Assembly: GCA_028534125.1 (NCBI GenBank)
Contig: CM052817.1
Location: 44,704,001 to 44,768,000, forward strand
Direction: 5' to 3'
Origin: Lama glama
Taxonomy: Eukaryota
Length of the DNA: 64,000 bases
Made by a program: the position numbers and the translations under genes. The notes under the pieces are model-generated. The model was not told where the DNA came from and did not search any database. It worked only from the letters and a program-made list of their open reading frames with translations. This document shows positions 39,901 through 48,900 of the stretch, one piece after another; position 1 is the first letter of the stretch, and every line of letters begins with the position of its first letter.

Positions 39901-42900
39901 GTCATAACTCTATATATACCTTCTAAGCCAGGACAGTATTATTAAGCTCATTTGACAAGATGATTAAATTTAGACATAGATTGAGTCACCTCCTCCTATG
40001 AGGCAAAGAGGCAAAGCCAGAAGTAGACATTAGAGTCTTCAGCTCCAGCTGTAATCATTCCAGATTACCGCAACTTCCTTGATCAGATTTCCATCACTTC
40101 AACCACTAAGGATGGACTTGACTATATTGGACTGTATTGAGCATGAATATATTTGGTCCCTAGCTTTGGAGAATTTATGTTAATTCGTTGTCATCTTTCA
40201 AATGACCTTCTCACCAAAGTCAAAATTCAGCCTAAAGCTTTTAAGAGTTCAGGAACAAAAGCATTTCTAAGTTGATGAACTCCAGGAGTAACCCATAGCC
40301 CTTTGCAAAATTTGCTTGGGAGCCTAAAATCTACTGTTATGAGTTAAAGAAGAGTTAAATACATGTGAGCAATTGATTATTCTAAAAATACGTGGAATCT
40401 GGAAATTGTCCTTTGACATTACCTTCATTACCGAAATGAAGATATTTATATAGTATGCCATTTCAAAAATGGAAGACTTTTTTTTTTACATTTACATATA
40501 TTTACAGTAGCTTATATAACTTTTGAGAGGAAGGTGGTCCTGTAGGAAGTTATAACAACCTCAATATAGCATGTAAGAACCTCACTGAAAACAATCCTAT
40601 TTTTATTAATAATTAAATAGCTGAAGTTTTAAATATAATCATAAAACGAGCATAAAGAAATGAAATCTATAGCCCATAAACAAAGCAACTTCTGAGAACT
40701 GACTTTAGGAAAAAAGGAAAAAAGTTGATATTAATTTGTTTCTCATGTCAGACACAGAAGCCAATGCTTACAGATCTTCAGTAGCTCCTCACAGTCTGCT
40801 GCATTATATACAAGGTTCCCAGGCTGCACTGAAGAATCTCCCTAACTTGTCACCACCCTGCTTTCCTCCTACATTGTTCTCTGATCAAAACAAAGTACCC
40901 CTGATTCCCTAGAAGAAGTTCCTTTCCTTGTGTCTTCAAGCTTTCCTCCATACTGTTTCCTCCACCTGGAAGAGCCAGTGCCCCAATCTCACTCTTTTGA
41001 ATCTGCATTTGTCTAAAATCAATAGTCAGAAGAATAGTTTTGTTTTATCACTGAGTTAAAATAACATCACGTAGTCTTTAACTTCTCCCACCCTCTGCCA
41101 ACAGAAGCAACAACTCATTAAGGGAATCCACTGAAGGCAGCAAATCAAGTGAAACTCTTAGCAGGTAAGAAATGATCTGACCAGCCCCAAACTTTTAAAA
41201 CATCCCCTTTGCTACTGTTCATTCTTTAATTCAGAACATTGTTAGTTGCCCTTGATGTACAGCACACTGTGCTAGGCCATTAGAACGTAACAGTGAGCAA
41301 GACAAACATGGGCCCTGTCCTCAAGTTGCTTACAGTCGTAGAGTCTATTCACTGATTGACTGCCTGGAAAAAGATTTACTTTTATCTCTTCTATTTTTAC
41401 CACCTATAAATAATAGAGATATCACAGCCCTCTTAATATCATAAGAATATGAAAATGAATTCTACTGTTTAAATTCCAGTTAGGCAAAGGCTTCTTCATT
41501 CCTGTATCTTCAGTACCGAGCATATCCCCTGCCATATAATAGCTGTTCAGTAAATATTTGTTTAGTGTATGAATTAAGACAGATTATAAATATTGTCTTA
41601 CTCTCTCTGCTGTTTGATCAATATTCAGTGAACTTGAATCTTTCTAAATATTACTTTCTCTTTGCCTAAAAGAAACAAGTTTTGATTTTCTTCTCACTTG
41701 GGTGTATAACACTACATTTTTCCTGTTAATAATATCTGCAGCTATCTACTGCTATTTTTATTTTTACTATTATCTGGGTGTTTTAGTCTAATCTCACTTA
41801 GTCTGTCTAATTGAATCTATGATGTAGGCACTATTATCCCTGTTATAGGACAGAGATGAAGACTCAGATTGCCGAGCTATTTGCTAAGGTTATACAGCTT
41901 GTAAACAGTGGATCCAGATTTGAACTCAGGTCGAGCTGGTTCCTGAGCTCAGGCTTGTAACCACTCCTGTGCTCTGCCTCTGTGTACCTGGACTGAGCTA
42001 CCTGAAAAAGAGCCCAATCAAGATGCTGGCAAAGGCTATACTGCCTCCAGAAGCCCTTGGGATTAATCCATTTCCTTACCTTTTTCTTCTAGAGCTTCTA
42101 GGCTTCAAGAGCTTCATTCTTTCTGCTCTTTGGCTTGTGGCTACTTCCTCCATCTTCACAGCCCATGACATAGCAACCTCAAATCTTTCTGCTGAAATTG
42201 TCACGTCACATTCTCTGCTCTGTGTAAAATCTCTCCCTGCCTTCCTCTTATAAAGAGATATCACAAATCTTTTTATATGATGGCATTTAAGAAACGCAGG
42301 TATATCTCCAGACAACCCAGGGTAATCTCCTTATTGCAAGATCCCTGATTTAATCAGATCTGCACCATTTCTAGTGCCATTTAAGGTAACATTCATAGGT
42401 TCCTGGCATTTGGACGCAGATATGTTTGACAGACACTATTCATCCTATCACACTGCTTTTTAGGCCATTGAGACATCCTCATGGACCACTGTGGTGGCCT
42501 CTATAGTGTTTAGTGTGGATATTTTAAATTCCCAATCTCTTGCAAGTTCCAGTTGCTTCCATGCATCAGTTTCAAATTGATCTGCCTAAGGCACATATCA
42601 GACTATGTTCCCCGCCCCTAAACCTTCAAAGGCTCCCTGTTGCCTACTGTAGCAGAAACAAACTCCTCGCCCATTATAGCATGACCTTCCTTTCCAGGGC
42701 TTTTCTCCTAATAGTCTCAGACTTTTTGGTCTCAGGACCCATTTTCACCCAAAAGTATCACTGAGGATTCCAAAGAGCTTTTTTTCAATATAGGTCATTT
42801 TTATTTGTAGTATTGGAAAATTCATTTTAAGCATTAAAAAAAAGTAAAACATTTTGATATTTATTCACTTAAAAATAACAGTATATTACATGTTACAATA

Positions 42901-45900
42901 ATAACATGAAAAATAACTATGAAAAATAACTATACTTTTCAGATGAAAAATCACTGAGAAGACATTGTTTTCTTCTTTAATTGTTTTTCAGTATAATGCA
43001 TGGCTTAATAAAAGATAGCTGGATTCTCATATCTGCCTCTGCATTAGTCTGTTGTGATATCAGATATTATGGAGCCTTTGAGAAACTCCACTGTACACTT
43101 GTGAGAGACTGAGAGTTAAGAAGAAAATAATATCTTAGTATTATAATAAAAATAGTGTTGACCTCACAAACCCTCTTTGAAAGGGTACCACTTTGAGAAC
43201 TGCTGTCATAATATTTTCATACTAGGGTACCCAACCCACAGAGAGCTCTGTGGTTTATTTCAACTTACTGATTTCAATGGGCCTGACAGTTTTGTAAAGC
43301 AATACTTATTATTGCTAAGAGAGGTTCTTTTTCTTTGTTTTTTTTCTTTTTTAAATGAGTCATTAAGATTGCATCTCTTACTATAAAACATCGATAAAGG
43401 AAATTGAAGATGATTCAGAGAAATGGAAAGCTATCCCATGCTCTTAGAATGGAAGAATTAATATTGTTAAAATGGCCATACTACCCAAAGCAATCAACAG
43501 ATTTAATGTGATCCCTATCAAATTACCCAGGACATTTTTCACAGAACTGGGACAAATAATCCTGAAGTTTATATGGAATCACAAAAGACCCAGAATTGCC
43601 AAAGCAATCCTGAAGAAAAAGAGCAAAGCTGGAGGCATAACCCTCCCAGACTTCAGACAATACTACAGAGCTACAGTAATCAAAACAGCATGGTATTGGG
43701 AAAACAAACATATGGATCAATGGAACAGAATAGAGAGACCAGAAATGAACCCACACATCTGTAGTCAGTTAATCTTTGACAAAGGAGGCAAGAATATACA
43801 ATGGAGAAAAGACAGTCTGTTCAGCAAGTGGCATTGGAAAAGCTGGACAGCTGCATGTACATCAGTGAGTTAGAACACTTCCTCATACCATACACAAAAA
43901 TAAATTCCAAATGGCTTAAAAATTTGAATATAAAACAGGACACCATAAAAGTCCTAGAAGAGAACATAGGCAAAACATTCTCTGACATAAATCTTAGCAG
44001 TGTTCTCCTAGGGCAGTCTACCCAGGCAATAGAAATAAAAGCAAAAATAAACAGATGGGACCTAATTAAACTTATAAGCTTTTGCACAACAAAGGAAACC
44101 ATAAACAAAAAGACAACCTACAGACTGGGAGACAATATTTGCAAACAGTGTGACTAACAAGGGCTTAATTTCCAGAATATGTAAATGGCTCATAGAACTC
44201 ATTAACATATAAACACACAACCCAACCAAAAAATGGGCAGAAGAACTAAACAGACATTTCTCCAAAGAAGACATACAGATGGTCAGTAGGCACATGAAAA
44301 GATGCTCAGCATTGCTAATTATTGGAGAAATGCCAATCAGAACTGCAATGAAGTATCACCTCACACTAATCAGAATGGCCATCATTATTAAGTCTACAAA
44401 TAACAAATGCACATGAGGGTGTGGAGAAAAGGGAACCCTCCTACATTGTTGGTGGGAATGTAATTTGGTGCAGCCACTATGGAGAACAGTATGGAGGTTC
44501 CTTAAAAACCTAAAAATATAGTTACCCAATGATCCGGTAATCCCACTCCTGGGTATGTATCTAGAGAAAACTAATTTAAAAAGATACATGCACCTCAGTG
44601 TCCAAAGCAGTACTATTTACAATAGCCAAGATTTGGAAGCAACCTAAATATATAGTGATATGTAATATATATATAAATATATATAGTGATATGTAATATA
44701 TATATATAAATATTACATATATAATACTACTCAGCCATGGAAAAGAATGAAATAGTGCAGCAACATGGATGGACCTAGAGATGATCATACCAAGTGAAGT
44801 AAGGCAGACAAAGACAAATATAATATGATATCACTTACAGATAGAGAAAACAAATTTATGGTTACCATACGGGAAAGGGGGTTGCAGAGGGATAAATTAG
44901 GAGTTTGGGATTAGCAGATACAAACTATTATATACAAAATAGGTAAACAACAAGGTCTTACTTTATAGCACAGGGAACTATATTCAATATCCTGTAACAG
45001 ACCATAATGGAAAAGAAGATGAAAAAGAACATATATATGCATGTGTATATATGTATAACTGAATCACTTTGCTGTACTCCAGAAACTAACACAATATTGT
45101 GAATCAACTATACTTCAATTTAAAAAAAAAGGTTACCTCTCTTAGAATCCATGAGAGAAATTTTGGGTTTTATAGTTATTATTATGCAAAAATGTATTTT
45201 CTAACCAAGATTACATATTATTATATTTTCATTTTCCAAAATGTTTGTGGGCACTGAATACTTAAGGATGATGCAATTTTGGATCTCCTTTGTAGGGTAT
45301 TTTAGGACTTCTGCAGTTTAGGGTTATAAGTGCCATCTTGGGTTTATGTTCTCAGCCATCACTTTTGCCTTCATTATCTTGTTTCTGTCCATAAATTTAG
45401 CACTGTGTTTTAAAATGGAATGTTTGCATGACCATTCTTATGCTTCCAGAGAGCCAGTCACATTACACACTGGAGACTTGGAAGACCCACCTGGTTGCTT
45501 CACATTCCCATCTGCAGGTGAGTTTTCAATGAAAGCACAGAAACGAGACCTGCTGAAAATCCTGTAGTGGCTCCCCGTTTCCATGAGAGTAAAACCCAGT
45601 CATGACAGTGGCCTGTAAGTCCGGTAACTCTCTGGTCTCACTTCCTGCTACTCCCCTGCATTCACTCTGCTTTGTGCTCCTTTGAAGTGTTCCTCCAACA
45701 TGCTGAGCAGCTTCTATAATAGGGCCGTTATACCCACTGTTCCCTCCACTTTGCTAATCCCACCACCTCCTTTAAAGCCTTTGCTCAAAATCACTTACCC
45801 TGTGAGACTTAACTCTCACCAACTTATGTAAAAATTGTAACCCTCCCACAATTCCAGTCCCCCTTATCTTTTTCTTTTTTTCAATTACACTTAGCATTTT

Positions 45901-48900
45901 TTCTACTGTGTAACTTACTAATTTATGTTGTTCATTGTGTATCACCTCCTGCTAGACAAAAGCTGCACAAGGGCAGGTGGCTTTAATTGTTTGGCTCACT
46001 GATATATCCCAGGACCTAGAACCTTCCTGGCATATAGCAGGTGCTCATTAAATACTTATTGAATGGATGGAAAGAAAAGAAAAAGAAATGAGACAAATGG
46101 TTCTCCATATACTTTCCAAGGACTATAAGTAGGCAAAATGCTCTATAAAATGAGAAGGTCAAGGAGGGGATTGAAAGATAACAGAATTTGTGGAAAAGCC
46201 AAATGGGATAACTAAGATGAAAGATAACGATAGAGAGGATCTGTTAGATTTGGAGAGCAAAGGCAAACCAGCAGGCACGTAATCAAGCCTTCCTATGGAA
46301 GAGGATTAAATAATAGGAAAGAATGAAACTGAAAATGATGGTTATTCAACAAAAGTTTAGCTATAAATTTGGGCAGTAATAACATAATTAGGGAAAATCC
46401 AGTTGTGAGGTGAAAGAGATAGAATAGAAATTTCCAAATTTTCTTGTCTTTTGTAGAAGAGTATTAGTATATAAAATCAAAACATAACATTCATGAAATA
46501 AATGCAAATTCTTAATTTTTAGATAACCTTTAACTTGTGAGAAATCTTTTAAGAACTAATATTTTGTGAAGAAAAAAAAGCATTTATTTGAAGTCAAACA
46601 ATTCCTTCAGGTTTTCCTTCACTTACATGTTATTTTAATGATTACCCAAGAGAATACAACATATATCCTTGCTTTGTTAGAGTCATATAAATGAGTACCT
46701 TTACCTTTCCTCATACATTGTGAGTACCTTGGAACGTGTTAACTCCATTCACTTTCCTTCCAACTTACATACAGTTGTTGTCACATTTTAATCATAAATG
46801 TAAATATCACAGTGGGTCATTTGCATTGTGTTGTACAGTTGATATCCATTTAGATACACCCACCTATTCACACTTTACCTTCTCTCTGGTAACATTTTAC
46901 TTATGCCTTTAGTGTGTTCTCCTAGTTTTTGTTTTTCTGAACTTGTCTTTATTTTATCCCCATTTTTGAGGAATATTTTTGCTAAGCATAGAATTCTAGA
47001 TTGACATTTTTCCTTTACTTTGAAAATGTATCATTGTTTTTTTTGGCTTCCATTGTCTCTACTAACAAGTCAGCTCTAAAATTAATTGTTACTCATTTAC
47101 ATGTAATCTGTCCTTTTTGCCTTTCTGGCAGCTATAAGATTGTTTTTGTCTTTGAGTTTCATTTATTTACTGCAGTTTTTGTTGTTGTGTCTAGGTGTGG
47201 TTTTCTTTATGTAAGAAGAACTGGTTTGGGGTTTAGAGTAATGCTTTTGAGTCTGTGGTAGGCTGTGCCTCCATTATCCAGATCTTGTGGGTCTGTATCT
47301 ATTACCTGTATTTTTTCTCTTGGTTTTTTCTGCCATGTCATTTTTGTCTCCTCATATGCCTGGTTGTTGTATGACAGATGTGTGAAAAATTGTACAGATG
47401 GTTTGTGACTTAGAATAAGGTCACCTTCCTCCAGACAGCATTCGTGCTTGCTTCTGGTACACAACCAAGGACACCAGCAATCCCAGGTCAATTTAATGCA
47501 ATCAGGAATGAAGATAATTTTAAGATAGATCTCAGGATCCCTAAGGGCAGATCTTGTTCCTTATTCATAAAACATAGCCCTTTTCGGTTCCAACCCGAAG
47601 CCTTGGGTATTTATTAGAACACCCACCCCCACCCCCATCATTGGGAACATTTTCTCATGAAAGTTTGATTTTTCAAGAGGTGCAGTATACTATTTTTAAT
47701 TAATTTTCTCCTTTTACTTTTGTTCTTGTCAACTTTTAGGAAGTCCATCTGTGAAAAATCCTGCTTCTCGTTCATTCCATTCCTCTCCTAAGAAGTCTCC
47801 AGTTCACTCACTCCTAACTAGTTCAGTTGAAGATTCTATAGGTTCCACATCACAGTATAGATCCACCAAGCCTGTCCATTCGTCTGATTCTGTTAAAGGT
47901 AAGAATGATCTGACATCATTGATGAGATTAATCAATTTCCTACTCTGATGAATTAACAGTTGTTTTCCATAATCGGAATTAATAAGGTTTTACACGGTGT
48001 TCTTATATGTATGCTCTAATTGATGTTGTGTGGTGGGTGTGTGCTTAAGTGGGTCTTATTTATTTACTTATATTTTTAAGTGTGTCTTATTTAAATAGAA
48101 TAGCTGTTGTATACACACATACACACACATCCCTTAGTAAATGTACATAGATGTTATAGGTAAATACTATGTTTTTCTTTCTCTGATATGAATAATGAAC
48201 TTTTTTCTCCATTTTTAATAAGATTTTGGGTCTTTTTTAAATGCTGAGAATGACTTTTTTTCTTATTTACATTCTCTGAAATTATGACTCTCTTCAGTCT
48301 CTGCCTTTGAAAGTGCAAGTATCTATCATACAAATTTGTCAAAATGTTCTCATTTTTTAAATTTTAAGTTCATTTGTTATTCACTAAGACAGATGGGAAA
48401 AGTGTTTGATTTTGAATAAGTGCCTGATAAATAAGTGGACTTTTATATTGAGTTGAATTTGAAATGTTTTTCACCATATATGACTCAAACTGCCCTAGTG
48501 CCCTATGGCATCATTCCCTTTGATAAGGAATAAACTAGGCAAGTTGTTGCATCATTGTTAAGTCACTTTCTGGTCTTTTGAAATTTTATACCCAATATAT
48601 TTTAGATTCTAAAAAAAAAAAAAAAGAAATTCAGAATCTAATCATAGATTTTAATACATTTTCTTTTTTACTATCTTTTTTCTGCATTTGTATCCTCCTT
48701 CATCTCTTATATTTCTAAGTTACTCTTTAATATTTAAAAAACAGTTAGAGTAACAAGTTACTTCATTATTAGAGCAGTGATTATTGCAGGAGTAGAACAG
48801 TGCTGCTGGTCACCTCATTATTAGTTTGTGGTTACGTTATAGCATGGCATTTTCTTTTTTATCCCCCTATTGTTAGATATTCATCAAACATCAAATTTTG

